From: Escherichia phage vB_EcoM_CUA3
DNA length: 64,000 nt
Strand: one strand, 5' to 3'
Sequence record: PP410321
The position numbers and the translations under genes were made by a program. Below the pieces are notes generated by a model. The model was not told the DNA's origin and searched no databases. It saw nothing but the letters and a program-made list of their open reading frames with translations. Of this stretch, positions 43,258 through 54,297 are shown in pieces. The number at the start of each line of letters is the position of its first letter. Within the stretch, counting starts at the first letter, position 1.

Positions 43258-44205
43258 TTAATAAAAATCAGCTACTGTAGCAGTTAGTTTAGACAAACCG
43301 GATTTAACGAAATAAGGATAAACTTTAGATTTCGAAGGTTTGTTATACGTATTATATCTTTCAGTAATTAAAGCAACAATATCATCCGGAATAAAGTCCA
43401 TATCAATTAAGATTTGGTTTTCACAGAAACGTTCATATTGTTCCTCAGTAAGAAGTGTTTTAATTATATCATGGTCATAATAATTCAGAGCAATTGCTTC
43501 AAGCTCTTTAGCACGAGTACTTGGAGTACGTTCACCTTCAACCATAGTCAACCAATAATCACCACGAACTTTAATACTTGCAACGTTATCCTTGCGGTCA
43601 CCTTTAATAACCTTAGTTACGCAATCAAGCAAAGCATCACCGGATTTTGTTTTGACGAATTTTTTCTGCATTGGAGACCATTGTTTTACCCCAGGGAATT
43701 TATGAAGCTGGGTAAAGTCACCATCAGAAGAACCAATCATAACCGGATGGCCTTTAGCCGTAAGGATTCGAGTCAACACAGCAATATGGTCATCAGCCTC
43801 GATTGTATCGATATTCATAACAATATAAGGCATGTTTTGTTCCAATTCATCCACAATAATATGCATTGCAGTGAATAAGCCTTCCCAATCAAATGGTGAT
43901 TCGTCACGTGCCTTGGCACGGTTTTTCTTATAATAAGAAGAATAACGACGACGCCAATAACCTGATTTAGAGTTATCAACACAAATGATTAGCTGGTTGT
44001 AACCTTGTTTTTTAAAGTCTTTAATGTTTTTCTTGATTGAATTCAACACGAGGTGTCGAAGCATTGCTGTGGTTACTTTAGGAAATCCAGCATTTTCACC
44101 AAATTCTTGGAAGGCCGCCGCCATAATTATTTGGCTGAAATCCAGGAGTAAAAATCCATCTTTTTGTTGGTCTTCTTCAGGAAGTAAAAAATCTAAATCG
44201 TTCAT
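43258..44205 (-). CDS. rnh: RNase H / FEN-family 5'-3' exonuclease
   Basis: 315 aa, acidic active-site residues and helical arch as in T4 RNase H. Confidence 0.9.
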   Translation of the reverse strand: MNDLDFLLPEEDQQKDGFLLLDFSQIIMAAAFQEFGENAGFPKVTTAMLRHLVLNSIKKNIKDFKKQGYNQLIICVDNSKSGYWRRRYSSYYKKNRAKARDESPFDWEGLFTAMHIIVDELEQNMPYIVMNIDTIEADDHIAVLTRILTAKGHPVMIGSSDGDFTQLHKFPGVKQWSPMQKKFVKTKSGDALLDCVTKVIKGDRKDNVASIKVRGDYWLTMVEGERTPSTRAKELEAIALNYYDHDIIKTLLTEEQYERFCENQILIDMDFIPDDIVALITERYNTYNKPSKSKVYPYFVKSGLSKLTATVADFY

Positions 44206-44236
44206 ATGAACCTCTGTCCAATTAGTGTAGAAGGTT

Positions 44237-44265
44237 ATTATATCATGACCCTAGAAGAAGTAAAC
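44237..44265 (-). promoter_or_regulatory. Early promoter (GTTTAC, 17 nt, TATAAT) for rnh
   Basis: Exact consensus on minus strand. Confidence 0.6.
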
Positions 44266-44272
44266 ACTTTGC

Positions 44273-44280
44273 TATAAATA
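44273..44280 (+). promoter_or_regulatory. Late promoter TATAAATA for gene 34
   Basis: Exact TATAAATA 33 nt upstream of gene 34 ATG. Confidence 0.6.
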
Positions 44281-44312
44281 GTTCTATACCCTGAAAACGA
44301 AAAGGAAATAAA

Positions 44313-47300
44313 ATGGCTGATATTTTAAAACCTGCATTCCGTGCTACATCCGGACTCGATGCTGCGGGCGAGAAAGTTATCAATGTTGCCAAAGCCGATT
44401 ACAATGTACTAGATGATGGCGTCAACGTTGAATTCTTTATAGATGAGAACACCATCCAGGCGTACGACGAGACGCGCGGATATAAGAAAGGGTTTGCAGT
44501 AATCCATGACCAACGTATTTGGGTTGCTCAACGTGATATCGATGCGCCAGCTGGAACTTTTGTACCTGGTTATTGGACCGCTACCCGTACTGACCCTAAG
44601 TGGATTACCGTAGCATCTCCTACTCGCCAGTTGGCTTCCGGTGAATATATTGCAGTGGATTCTGCGGCTAGCTTTACTACATTTACTCTGCCTCCGAACC
44701 CTACAGACGGTGATACCATTGTAATCAAAGATATCGGTGGTCGTGTAGGTTATAATGAAATCAAAGTTCAATCTAGTTCTGCACCTGGTGGTGGTAACCA
44801 GAAAATTGTTCGATTTGGTAATCAGTTCTCTGAAACTCTGATAACCAAACCTTTTTCTTATAACATGCTTATCTTTGCTAATCGTTTATGGCATTTCTGG
44901 GAAGCTGGTAACGAAGAACGTGGTATTCGTGTAGAGCCTAACACCGCTCAGTTCCAAGCTCAAGCAGGTGATAACGTTTTACGTCGTTATACTTCTGGTG
45001 CAGTAATTAAATTTACTCTTCCTAAGTATGCGAACCAAGGTGATATGGTTAAAACCGTTGATATCGATGGTCTTGGAAGTAAGTTCCATTTAATCGTTGA
45101 AACGTTTGATGCATCGTCTTCATTAGGTAAGCCCGACCAGCATAGCATGGAATTCCGTACCTCCGGTGATGGATTCTTTGTTTATAACTCTGTTGAAAAA
45201 ATGTGGTATGTTTGGGACGGCGATCGTCAAACTCGTTTACGTGTAATTCGTGACGATGTTGAGCTCTTGGCTAATGAAAGCGTTATCGTTTTTGGTCCTA
45301 ATAATACGACCCCACAAACTATTAATATCACTTTACCTACTAACGTAGCGCAAGGCGATACTATTAAAATCGCATTGAACTACCTTCGTAAAGCTCAGAC
45401 CGTAAATATTAAGGCCGCTGTAGGAGATAAGATTGCTTCTTCGGTTCAATTACTCCAGTTCCCTAAACGTTCGGAATATCCACCAGATACTGAATGGGTT
45501 CTGAATGACGTACTGACCTTTAATGGTAACTTAAGTTATACTCCGGTTATTGAACTTAGCTATATCGAAGATACCACCACAGGTGGAAAATATTGGGTTG
45601 TTGCTCAGAACGTTCCTACTGTAGAACGTGTCGATTCTAAGGACGATTTAACTCGTGCTCGTCTTGGTGTTATTGCCCTTGCGTCTCAGACTCAGGCAAA
45701 CGTCGACCATGAAAATAATCCTGAGAAAGAACTTGCAATTACTCCGCAGACTTTAGCCAATCGTGTAGCGACCGAAACTCGTCGTGGTATTGCTCGTATT
45801 GCTACAACAGCTCAAGTTAACCAGAACACGACTTTCGCTTTCCAGGACGATTTGATTATTTCTCCTAAGAAATTAAACGAACGTACTGCTACCGAAACTC
45901 GTCGCGGTGTCGCTGAAATTGCTACGCAACAGGAAACTGATGCTGGTGTTGATGATACAACCATTATCACTCCTAAGAAGCTACAGACGCGCCAGGGAAC
46001 TGAAACCCTGTCTGGTATAGTAAAATATNNNNNNNNNNNNNNNNNNNNNNNNNNNNNNNNNNNNNNNACTGTAGGTACCAACGTTTATAATAAGAACNNN
46101 NNNNNTTTAGTTATTTCTCCTAAAGCTTTAGACCAGTATAAAGCTNNNNNNNNNNNNNNNNNNNNNNNNNNNNNNNNNNNNNNNNNNNNNNNNNNNNNNN
46201 NNNNNNNNNNNNNNNNNNNNNNNNNNNNNNNNNNNNNNNNNNNNNNNNNNNNNNNNNNNNNNNNNNNNNNNNNNNNNNNNNNNTTAATTGAAATTGCTAC
46301 GCAAGCAGAGACTGATGCTGGAACTGATTATACTCGTGCGGTAACGCCCAAGACGTTAAATGATAGGAAGGCTACAGANNGATTAACTGGTATTGCTCGT
46401 ATTGGTACTCAAGTAGAATTTGATGCAGGTGTATTAGATAATGTTATTTCAACTCCGTTGAAAATTAAAACAAGATTTAATGATACTGCTAGAACTTCTG
46501 TCTCAGCAGCCAGTGGTTTGGTTGAATCAGGAACCTTATGGAACCATTATACACTAGATATCCGTGAAGCAAGTAATACCCAACGTGGTACGGCTCGTTT
46601 GGCTACCCAAACTGAAGTTAATNNNNNNNNNNNNNNNNNNNNNNNNNNNNNNNNNNNNNNNNNNNNNNNNNNNNNNNNNNNNNNNNNNNNNNNNNNNNNN
46701 NNNNNNNNNNNNNNNNNNNNNNNNNNNNNNNNNNNNNNNNNNNNNNNNNNNNNNNNNNNNNNNNNNNNNNNNNNNNNNNNNNNNNNNNNNNNNNNNNNNN
46801 NNNNNNNNNNNNNNNNNNNNNNNNNNNNNNNNNNNNNNNNNNNNNNNNNNNNNNNNNNNNNNNNNNNNNNNNNNNNNNNNNNNNNNNNNNNNNNNNNNNN
46901 NNNNNNNNNNNNNNNNNNNNNNNNNNNNNNNNNNNNNNNNNNNNNNNNNNNNNNNNNNNNNNNNNNNNNNNNNNNNNNNNNNNNNNNNNNNNNNNNNNNN
47001 NNNNNNNNNNNNNNNNNNNNNNNNNNNNNNNNNNNNNNNNNNNNNNNNNNNNNNNNNNNNNNNNNNNNNNNNNNNNNNNNNNNNNNNNNNNNNNNNNNNN
47101 NNNNNNNNNNNNNNNNNNNNNNNNNNNNNNNNNNNNNNNNNNNNNNNNNNNNNNNNNNNNNNNNNNNNNNNNNNNNNNNNNNNNNNNNNNNNNNNNNNNN
47201 NNNNNNNNNNNNNNNNNNNNNNNNNNNNNNNNNNNNNNNNNNNNNNNNNNNNNNNNNNNNNNNNNNNNNNNNNNNNNNNNNNNNNNNNNNNNNNNNNNNN

Positions 47301-48281
47301 NNNNNNNNNNNNNNNNNNNNNNNNNNNNNNNNNNNNNNNNNNNNNNNNNNNNNNNNNNNNNNNNNNNNNNNNNNNNNNNNNNNNNNNNNNNNNNNNNNNN
47401 NNNNNNNNNNNNNNNNNNNNNNNNNNNNNNNNNNNNNNNNNNNNNNNNNNNNNNNNNNNNNNNNNNNNNNNNNNNNNNNNNNNNNNNNNNNNNNNNNNNN
47501 NNNNNNNNNNNNNNNNNNNNNNNNNNNNNNNNNNNNNNNNNNNNNNNNNNNNNNNNNNNNNNNNNNNNNNNNNNNNNNNNNNNNNNNNNNNNNNNNNNNN
47601 NNNNNNNNNNNNNNNNNNNNNNNNNNNNNNNNNNNNNNNNNNNNNNNNNNNNNNNNNNNNNNNNNNNNNNNNNNNNNNNNNNNNNNNNNNNNNNNNNNNN
47701 NNNNNNNNNNNNNNNNNNNNNNNNNNNNNNNNNNNNNNNNNNNNNNNNNNNNNNNNNNNNNNNNNNNNNNNNNNNNNNNNNNNNNNNNNNNNNNNNNNNN
47801 NNNNNNNNNNNNNNNNNNNNNNNNNNNNNNNNNNNNNNNNNNNNNNNNNNNNNNNNNNNNNNNNNNNNNNNNNNNNNNNNNNNNNNNNNNNNNNNNNNNN
47901 NNNNNNNNNNNNNNNNNNNNNNNNNNNNNNNNNNNNNNNNNNNNNNNNNNNNNNNNNNNNNAAGTTAAATCACCTGGTACATTAACCCAGTTCGGTAATA
48001 CNNNNNNNNNNNNNNNNNNNNNNNNNNNNNNNNNNNNNNNNNNNNNNNNNNNNNNNNNNNNNNNNNNNNNNNNNNNNNNNNNNNNNNNNNNNNNNNNNNN
48101 NNNNNNNNNNNNNNNNNNNNNNNNNNNNNNNNNNNNNNNNNNNNNNNNNNNNNNNNNNNNNNNNNNNNNNNNNNNNNNNNNNNNNNNNNNNNNNNNNNNN
48201 NNNGATTGGCTGCGTATTGGTAACGTTCGTATAATTCCAGACCCAGTAACTCGTTCTGTTAAATTCGAATGGATTGAATAA
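44313..48281 (+). CDS. 34: Long tail fibre proximal subunit gp34 (several internal masks)
   Basis: 1322 aa; N-terminal and repeated TATETRRGVAEIATQ-type motifs as in T4 gp34; C-terminal RIGNVRIIPDPVTRSVKFEWIE. Confidence 0.9.
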   Translation: MADILKPAFRATSGLDAAGEKVINVAKADYNVLDDGVNVEFFIDENTIQAYDETRGYKKGFAVIHDQRIWVAQRDIDAPAGTFVPGYWTATRTDPKWITVASPTRQLASGEYIAVDSAASFTTFTLPPNPTDGDTIVIKDIGGRVGYNEIKVQSSSAPGGGNQKIVRFGNQFSETLITKPFSYNMLIFANRLWHFWEAGNEERGIRVEPNTAQFQAQAGDNVLRRYTSGAVIKFTLPKYANQGDMVKTVDIDGLGSKFHLIVETFDASSSLGKPDQHSMEFRTSGDGFFVYNSVEKMWYVWDGDRQTRLRVIRDDVELLANESVIVFGPNNTTPQTINITLPTNVAQGDTIKIALNYLRKAQTVNIKAAVGDKIASSVQLLQFPKRSEYPPDTEWVLNDVLTFNGNLSYTPVIELSYIEDTTTGGKYWVVAQNVPTVERVDSKDDLTRARLGVIALASQTQANVDHENNPEKELAITPQTLANRVATETRRGIARIATTAQVNQNTTFAFQDDLIISPKKLNERTATETRRGVAEIATQQETDAGVDDTTIITPKKLQTRQGTETLSGIVKYXXXXXXXXXXXXXTVGTNVYNKNXXXLVISPKALDQYKAXXXXXXXXXXXXXXXXXXXXXXXXXXXXXXXXXXXXXXXXXXXXXXLIEIATQAETDAGTDYTRAVTPKTLNDRKATXXLTGIARIGTQVEFDAGVLDNVISTPLKIKTRFNDTARTSVSAASGLVESGTLWNHYTLDIREASNTQRGTARLATQTEVNXXXXXXXXXXXXXXXXXXXXXXXXXXXXXXXXXXXXXXXXXXXXXXXXXXXXXXXXXXXXXXXXXXXXXXXXXXXXXXXXXXXXXXXXXXXXXXXXXXXXXXXXXXXXXXXXXXXXXXXXXXXXXXXXXXXXXXXXXXXXXXXXXXXXXXXXXXXXXXXXXXXXXXXXXXXXXXXXXXXXXXXXXXXXXXXXXXXXXXXXXXXXXXXXXXXXXXXXXXXXXXXXXXXXXXXXXXXXXXXXXXXXXXXXXXXXXXXXXXXXXXXXXXXXXXXXXXXXXXXXXXXXXXXXXXXXXXXXXXXXXXXXXXXXXXXXXXXXXXXXXXXXXXXXXXXXXXXXXXXXXXXXXXXXXXXXXXXXXXXXXXXXXXXXXXXXXXXXXXXXXXXXXXXXXXXXXXXXXXXXXXXXXXXXXXXXXXXXXXXXXXXXXXXXXXXXXXXXXXXXXXXXXXXVKSPGTLTQFGNXXXXXXXXXXXXXXXXXXXXXXXXXXXXXXXXXXXXXXXXXXXXXXXXXXXXXXXXXXXXXXXXXXXXDWLRIGNVRIIPDPVTRSVKFEWIE

Positions 48282-48289
48282 GAGGTAAT

Positions 48290-49044
48290 ATGGAAAGATT
48301 TATGGCTGAATTTGGACAAGATTACGTTCAAATTCCTGTACTATCTGAAAATAATGCCGTTAGTTATAAACTTAGTATAGCAGGGAGCTGTACTAAGTCC
48401 ACTAAAAAGGCTTATATTAAATTTCAAGATGAGGACTTCGGTCCNNNNNNNNNNNNNNNNNNNNNNNNNNNNNNNNNNNNNNNNNNNNNNNNNNNNNNNN
48501 NNNNNNNNNNNNNNNNNNNNNNNNNNNNNNNNNNNNNNNNNNNNNNNNNNNNNNNNNNNNNNNNNNNNNNNNNNNNNNNNNNNNNNNNNNNNNNNNNNNN
48601 NNNNNNNNNNNNNNNNNNNNNNNNNNNNNNNNNNNNNNNNNNNNNNNNNNNNNNNNNNNNNNNNNNNNNNNNNNNNNNNNNNNNNNNNNNNNNNNNNNNN
48701 NNNNNNNNNNNNNNNNNNNNNNNNNNNNNNNNNNNNNNNNNNNNNNNNNNNNNNATGGAACACGTTCTTTATAACGACGGCGTTTTAGTTGAAGATGTTT
48801 CAACTCCATTAGAAGTNNNNNNNNNNNNNNNNNNNNNNNNNNNNNNNNNNNNNNNNNNNNNNNNNNNNNNNNNNNNNNNNNNNNNNNNNNNNNNNNNNNN
48901 NNNNNNNNNNNNNNNNNNNNNNNNNNNNNNNNNNNNNNNNACTCCTTGTGCGGATTATAANATGGTTCCTGGGGATTTCTTTTATCTTAAATTCCAAATG
49001 ACTTATGACCAGGCTTTAAAAGATTTAGGGACGACCCAGATGTC
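48290..49044 (+). CDS. 35: Long tail fibre hinge protein gp35 (mostly masked; true 3' end not visible)
   Basis: Starts 6 nt after gp34 stop; expected gp35 and gp36 fill 48290-50140 but are largely N. Confidence 0.5.
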
Positions 49045-50143
49045 NNNNNNNNNNNNNNNNNNNNNNNNNNNNNNNNNNNNNNNNNNNNNNNNNNNNNNNN
49101 NNNNNNNNNNNNNNNNNNNNNNNNNNNNNNNNNNNNNNNNNNNNNNNNNNNNNNNNNNNNNNNNNNNNNNNNNNNNNNNNNNNNNNNNNNNNNNNNNNNN
49201 NNNNNNNNNNNNNNNNNNNNNNNNNNNNNNNNNNNNNNNNNNNNNNNNNNNNNNNNNNNNNNNNNNNNNNNNNNNNNNNNNNNNNNNNNNNNNNNNNNNN
49301 NNNNNNNNNNNNNNNNNNNNNNNNNNNNNNNNNNNNNNNNNNNNNNNNNNNNNNNNNNNNNNNNNNNNNNNNNNNNNNNNNNNNNNNNNNNNNNNNNNNN
49401 NNNNNNNNNNNNNNNNNNNNNNNNNNNNNNNNNNNNNNNNNNNNNNNNNNNNNNNNNNNNNNNNNNNNNNNNNNNNNNNNNNNNNNNNNNNNNNNNNNNN
49501 NNNNNNNNNNNNNNNNNNNNNNNNNNNNNNNNNNNNNNNNNNNNNNNNNNNNNNNNNNNNNNNNNNNNNNNNNNNNNNNNNNNNNNNNNNNNNNNNNNNN
49601 NNNNNNNNNNNNNNNNNNNNNNNNNNNNNNNNNNNNNNNNNNNNNNNNNNNNNNNNNNNNNNNNNNNNNNNNNNNNNNNNNNNNNNNNNNNNNNNNNNNN
49701 NNNNNNNNNNNNNNNNNNNNNNNNNNNNNNNNNNNNNNNNNNNNNNNNNNNNNNNNNNNNNNNNNNNNNNNNNNNNNNNNNNNNNNNNNNNNNNNNNNNN
49801 NNNNNNNNNNNNNNNNNNNNNNNNNNNNNNNNNNNNNNNNNNNNNNNNNNNNNNNNNNNNNNNNNNNNNNNNNNNNNNNNNNNNNNNNNNNNNNNNNNNN
49901 NNNNNNNNNNNNNNNNNNNNNNCCTGGTAACACCCCTACTAAAGCCCAAGTAGGTTTNGCGATNGTAGATAACGCAAAACAGGTCCAAATAAATAATAGT
50001 AACATACAANNNNNNNNNNNNNNNNNNNNNNNNNNNNNNNNNNNNNNNNNNNNNNNNNNNNNNNNNNNNNNNNNNNNNNNNNNNNNNNNNNNNNNNNNNN
50101 NNNNNNNNNNNNNTNAAGATTTTGGATATTATTAAGAGGCATT

Positions 50144-53100
50144 ATGGCTACTTTAAANNNNATCCAATTTAAAAGAAGTAAANNNNNNNNNNNNNNNNNN
50201 NNNNNNGCCCAGTTAGATGAAGGTGAACTGGCTATTAACTTNNNNNNNNNNNNNNNNNNNNNNNNNNNNNNNNNNNNNNNNNNNNNNNNNNNNNNNNNNN
50301 NNNNNNNNNNNNNNNNNNNNNNNNNNNNNNNNNNNNNNNNNNNNNNNNNNNNNNNNNNNNNNNNNNNNNNNNNNNNNNNNNNNNNNNNNNNNNNNNNNNN
50401 NNNNNNNNNNNNNNNNNNNNNNNNNNNNNNNNNNNNNNNNNNNNNNNNNNNNNNNNNNNNNNNNNNNNNNNNNNNNNNNNNNNNNNNNNNNNNNNNNNNN
50501 NNNNNNNNNNNNNNNNNNNNNNNNNNNNNNNNNNNNNNNNNNNNNNNNNNNNNNNNNNNNNNNNNNNNNNNNNNNNNNNNNNNNNNNNNNNNNNNNNNNN
50601 NNNNNNNNNNNNNNNNNNNNNNNNNNNNNNNNNNNNNNNNNNNNNNNNNNNNNNNNNNNNNNNNNNNNNNNNNNNNNNNNNNNNNNNNNNNNNNNNNNNN
50701 NNNNNNNNNNNNNNNNNNNNNNNNNNNNNNNNNNNNNNNNNNNNNNNNNNNNNNNNNNNNNNNNNNNNNNNNNNNNNNNNNNNNNNNNNNNNNNNNNNNN
50801 NNNNNNNNNNNNNNNNNNNNNNNNNNNNNNNNNNNNNNNNNNNNNNNNNNNNNNNNNNNNNNNNNNNNNNNNNNNNNNNNNNNNNNNNNNNNNNNNNNNN
50901 NNNNNNNNNNNNNNNNNNNNNNNNNNNNNNNNNNNNNNNNNNNNNNNNNNNNNNNNNNNNNNNNNNNNNNNNNNNNNNNNNNNNNNNNNNNNNNNNNNNN
51001 NNNNNNNNNNNNNNNNNNNNNNNNNNNNNNNNNNNNNNNNNNNNNNNNNNNNNNNNNNNNNNNNNNNNNNNNNNNNNNNNNNNNNNNNNNNNNNNNNNNN
51101 NNNNNNNNNNNNNNNNNNNNNNNNNNNNNNNNNNNNNNNNNNNNNNNNNNNNNNNNNNNNNNNNNNNNNNNNNNNNNNNNNNNNNNNNNNNNNNNNNNNN
51201 NNNNNNNNNNNNNNNNNNNNNNNNNNNNNNNNNNNNNNNNNNNNNNNNNNNNNNNNNNNNNNNNNNNNNNNNNNNNNNNNNNNNNNNNNNNNNNNNNNNN
51301 NNNNNNNNNNNNNNNNNNNNNNNNNNNNNNNNNNNNNNNNNNNNNNNNNNNNNNNNNNNNNNNNNNNNNNNNNNNNNNNNNNNNNNNNNNNNNNNNNNNN
51401 NNNNNNNNNNNNNNNNNNNNNNNNNNNNNNNNNNNNNNNNNNNNNNNNNNNNNNNNNNNNNNNNNNNNNNNNNNNNNNNNNNNNNNNNNNNNNNNNNNNN
51501 NNNNNNNNNNNNNNNNNNNNNNNNNNNNNNNNNNNNNNNNNNNNNNNNNNNNNNNNNNNNNNNNNNNNNNNNNNNNNNNNNNNNNNNNNNNNNNNNNNNN
51601 NNNNNNNNNNNNNNNNNNNNNNNNNNNNNNNNNNNNNNNNNNNNNNNNNNNNNNNNNNNNNNNNNNNNNNNNNNNNNNNNNNNNNNNNNNNNNNNNNNNN
51701 NNNNNNNNNNNNNNNNNNNNNNNNNNNNNNNNNNNNNNNNNNNNNNNNNNNNNNNNNNNNNNNNNNNNNNNNNNNNNNNNNNNNNNNNNNNNNNNNNNNN
51801 NNNNNNNNNNNNNNNNNNNNNNNNNNNNNNNNNNNNNNNNNNNNNNNNNNNNNNNNNNNNNNNNNNNNNNNNNNNNNNNNNNNNNNNNNNNNNNNNNNNN
51901 NNNNNNNNNNNNNNNNNNNNNNNNNNNNNNNNNNNNNNNNNNNNNNNNNNNNNNNNNNNNNNNNNNNNNNNNNNNNNNNNNNNNNNNNNNNNNNNNNNNN
52001 NNNNNNNNNNNNNNNNNNNNNNNNNNNNNNNNNNNNNNNNNNNNNNNNNNNNNNNNNNNNNNNNNNNNNNNNNNNNNNNNNNNNNNNNNNNNNNNNNNNN
52101 NNNNNNNNNNNNNNNNNNNNNNNNNNNNNNNNNNNNNNNNNNNNNNNNNNNNNNNNNNNNNNNNNNNNNNNNNNNNNNNNNNNNNNNNNNNNNNNNNNNN
52201 NNNNNNNNNNNNNNNNNNNNNNNNNNNNNNNNNNNNNNNNNNNNNNNNNNNNNNNNNNNNNNNNNNNNNNNNNNNNNNNNNNNNNNNNNNNNNNNNNNNN
52301 NNNNNNNNNNNNNNNNNNNNNNNNNNNNNNNNNNNNNNNNNNNNNNNNNNNNNNNNNNNNNNNNNNNNNNNNNNNNNNNNNNNNNNNNNNNNNNNNNNNN
52401 NNNNNNNNNNNNNNNNNNNNNNNNNNNNNNNNNNNNNNNNNNNNNNNNNNNNNNNNNNNNNNNNNNNNNNNNNNNNNNNNNNNNNNNNNNNNNNNNNNNN
52501 NNNNNNNNNNNNNNNNNNNNNNNNNNNNNNNNNNNNNNNNNNNNNNNNNNNNNNNNNNNNNNNNNNNNNNNNNNNNNNNNNNNNNNNNNNNNNNNNNNNN
52601 NNNNNNNNNNNNNNNNNNNNNNNNNNNNNNNNNNNNNNNNNNNNNNNNNNNNNNNNNNNNNNNNNNNNNNNNNNNNNNNNNNNNNNNNNNNNNNNNNNNN
52701 NNNNNNNNNNNNNNNNNNNNNNNNNNNNNNNNNNNNNNNNNNNNNNNNNNNNNNNNNNNNNNNNNNNNNNNNNNNNNNNNNNNNNNNNNNNNNNNNNNNN
52801 NNNNNNNNNNNNNNNNNNNNNNNNNNNNNNNNNNNNNNNNNNNNNNNNNNNNNNNNNNNNNNNNNNNNNNNNNNNNNNNNNNNNNNNNNNNNNNNNNNNN
52901 NNNNNNNNNNNNNNNNNNNNNNNNNNNNNNNNNNNNNNNNNNNNNNNNNNNNNNNNNNNNNNNNNNNNNNNNNNNNNNNNNNNNNNNNNNNNNNNNNNNN
53001 NNNNNNNNNNNNNNNNNNNNNNNNNNNNNNNNNNNNNNNNNNNNNNNNNNNNNNNNNNNNNNNNNNNNNNNNNNNNNNNNNNNNNNNNNNNNNNNNNNNN

Positions 53101-54286
53101 NNNNNNNNNNNNNNNNNNNNNNNNNNNNNNNNNNNNNNNNNNNNNNNNNNNNNNNNNNNNNNNNNNNNNNNNNNNNNNNNNNNNNNNNNNNNNNNNNNNN
53201 NNNNNNNNNNNNNNNNNNNNNNNNNNNNNNNNNNNNNNNNNNNNNNNNNNNNNNNNNNNNNNNNNNNNNNNNNNNNNNNNNNNNNNNNNNNNNNNNNNNN
53301 NNNNNNNNNNNNNNNNNNNNNNNNNNNNNNNNNNNNNNNNNNNNNNNNNNNNNNNNNNNNNNNNNNNNNNNNNNNNNNNNNNNNNNNNNNNNNNNNNNNN
53401 NNNNNNNNNNNNNNNNNNNNNNNNNNNNNNNNNNNNNNNNNNNNNNNNNNNNNNNNNNNNNNNNNNNNNNNNNNNNNNNNNNNNNNNNNNNNNNNNNNNN
53501 NNNNNNNNNNNNNNNNNNNNNNNNNNNNNNNNNNNNNNNNNNNNNNNNNNNNNNNNNNNNNNNNNNNNNNNNNNNNNNNNNNNNNNNNNNNNNNNNNNNN
53601 NNNNNNNNNNNNNNNNNNNNNNNNNNNNNNNNNNNNNNNNNNNNNNNNNNNNNNNNNNNNNNNNNNNNNNNNNNNNNNNNNNNNNNNNNNNNNNNNNNNN
53701 NNNNNNNNNNNNNNNNNNNNNNNNNNNNNNNNNNNNNNNNNNNNNNNNNNNNNNNNNNNNNNNNNNNNNNNNNNNNNNNNNNNNNNNNNNNNNNNNNNNN
53801 NNNNNNNNNNNNNNNNNNNNNNNNNNNNNNNNNNNNNNNNNNNNNNNNNNNNNNNNNNNNNNNNNNNNNNNNNNNNNNNNNNNNNNNNNNNNNNNNNNNN
53901 NNNNNNNNNNNNNNNNNNNNNNNNNNNNNNNNNNNNNNNNNNNNNNNNNNNNNNNNNNNNNNNNNNNNNNNNNNNNNNNNNNNNNNNNNNNNNNNNNNNN
54001 NNNNNNNNNNNNNNNNNNNNNNNNNNNNNNNNNNNNNNNNNNNNNNNNNNNNNNNNNNNNNNNNNNNNNNNNNNNNNNNNNNNNNNNNNNNNNNNNNNNN
54101 NNNNNNNNNNNNNNNNNNNNNNNNNNNNNNNNNNNNNNNNNNNNNNNNNNNNNNNNNNNNNNNNNNNNNNNNNNNNNNNNNNNNNNNNNNNNNNNNNNNN
54201 NNNNNNNNNNNNNNNNNNNNNNNNNNNNNNNNNNNNNNNNNNNNNNNNNNNNNNNNNNNNNNNNNNNNNNNTATAAATATCTTTAA
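50144..54286 (+). CDS. 37: Long tail fibre distal subunit gp37 N-terminus, followed by ~4 kb mask (rest of gp37 and possibly gp38)
   Basis: MATL..IQFKRSK...AQLDEGELAIN matches T4 gp37 N-terminus; remainder not visible. Confidence 0.55.
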   Translation: MATLXXIQFKRSKXXXXXXXXAQLDEGELAINXXXXXXXXXXXXXXXXXXXXXXXXXXXXXXXXXXXXXXXXXXXXXXXXXXXXXXXXXXXXXXXXXXXXXXXXXXXXXXXXXXXXXXXXXXXXXXXXXXXXXXXXXXXXXXXXXXXXXXXXXXXXXXXXXXXXXXXXXXXXXXXXXXXXXXXXXXXXXXXXXXXXXXXXXXXXXXXXXXXXXXXXXXXXXXXXXXXXXXXXXXXXXXXXXXXXXXXXXXXXXXXXXXXXXXXXXXXXXXXXXXXXXXXXXXXXXXXXXXXXXXXXXXXXXXXXXXXXXXXXXXXXXXXXXXXXXXXXXXXXXXXXXXXXXXXXXXXXXXXXXXXXXXXXXXXXXXXXXXXXXXXXXXXXXXXXXXXXXXXXXXXXXXXXXXXXXXXXXXXXXXXXXXXXXXXXXXXXXXXXXXXXXXXXXXXXXXXXXXXXXXXXXXXXXXXXXXXXXXXXXXXXXXXXXXXXXXXXXXXXXXXXXXXXXXXXXXXXXXXXXXXXXXXXXXXXXXXXXXXXXXXXXXXXXXXXXXXXXXXXXXXXXXXXXXXXXXXXXXXXXXXXXXXXXXXXXXXXXXXXXXXXXXXXXXXXXXXXXXXXXXXXXXXXXXXXXXXXXXXXXXXXXXXXXXXXXXXXXXXXXXXXXXXXXXXXXXXXXXXXXXXXXXXXXXXXXXXXXXXXXXXXXXXXXXXXXXXXXXXXXXXXXXXXXXXXXXXXXXXXXXXXXXXXXXXXXXXXXXXXXXXXXXXXXXXXXXXXXXXXXXXXXXXXXXXXXXXXXXXXXXXXXXXXXXXXXXXXXXXXXXXXXXXXXXXXXXXXXXXXXXXXXXXXXXXXXXXXXXXXXXXXXXXXXXXXXXXXXXXXXXXXXXXXXXXXXXXXXXXXXXXXXXXXXXXXXXXXXXXXXXXXXXXXXXXXXXXXXXXXXXXXXXXXXXXXXXXXXXXXXXXXXXXXXXXXXXXXXXXXXXXXXXXXXXXXXXXXXXXXXXXXXXXXXXXXXXXXXXXXXXXXXXXXXXXXXXXXXXXXXXXXXXXXXXXXXXXXXXXXXXXXXXXXXXXXXXXXXXXXXXXXXXXXXXXXXXXXXXXXXXXXXXXXXXXXXXXXXXXXXXXXXXXXXXXXXXXXXXXXXXXXXXXXXXXXXXXXXXXXXXXXXXXXXXXXXXXXXXXXXXXXXXXXXXXXXXXXXXXXXXXXXXXXXXXXXXXXXXXXXXXXXXXXXXXXXXXXXXXXXXXXXXXXXXXXXXXXXXXXXXXXXXXXXXXXXXXXXXXXXXXXXXXXXXXXXXXXXXXXXXXXXXXXXXXXXXXXXXXXXXXXXXXXXXXXXXXXXXXXXXXXXXXXXXXXXXXXXXXXXXXXXXXXXXXXXXXXXXXXXXXXYKYL

Positions 54287-54297
54287 AGGAGAAAAGT

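Noticed and set aside
43414-43878. 154 aa plus-strand ORF
   Set aside because: Antisense inside rnh.
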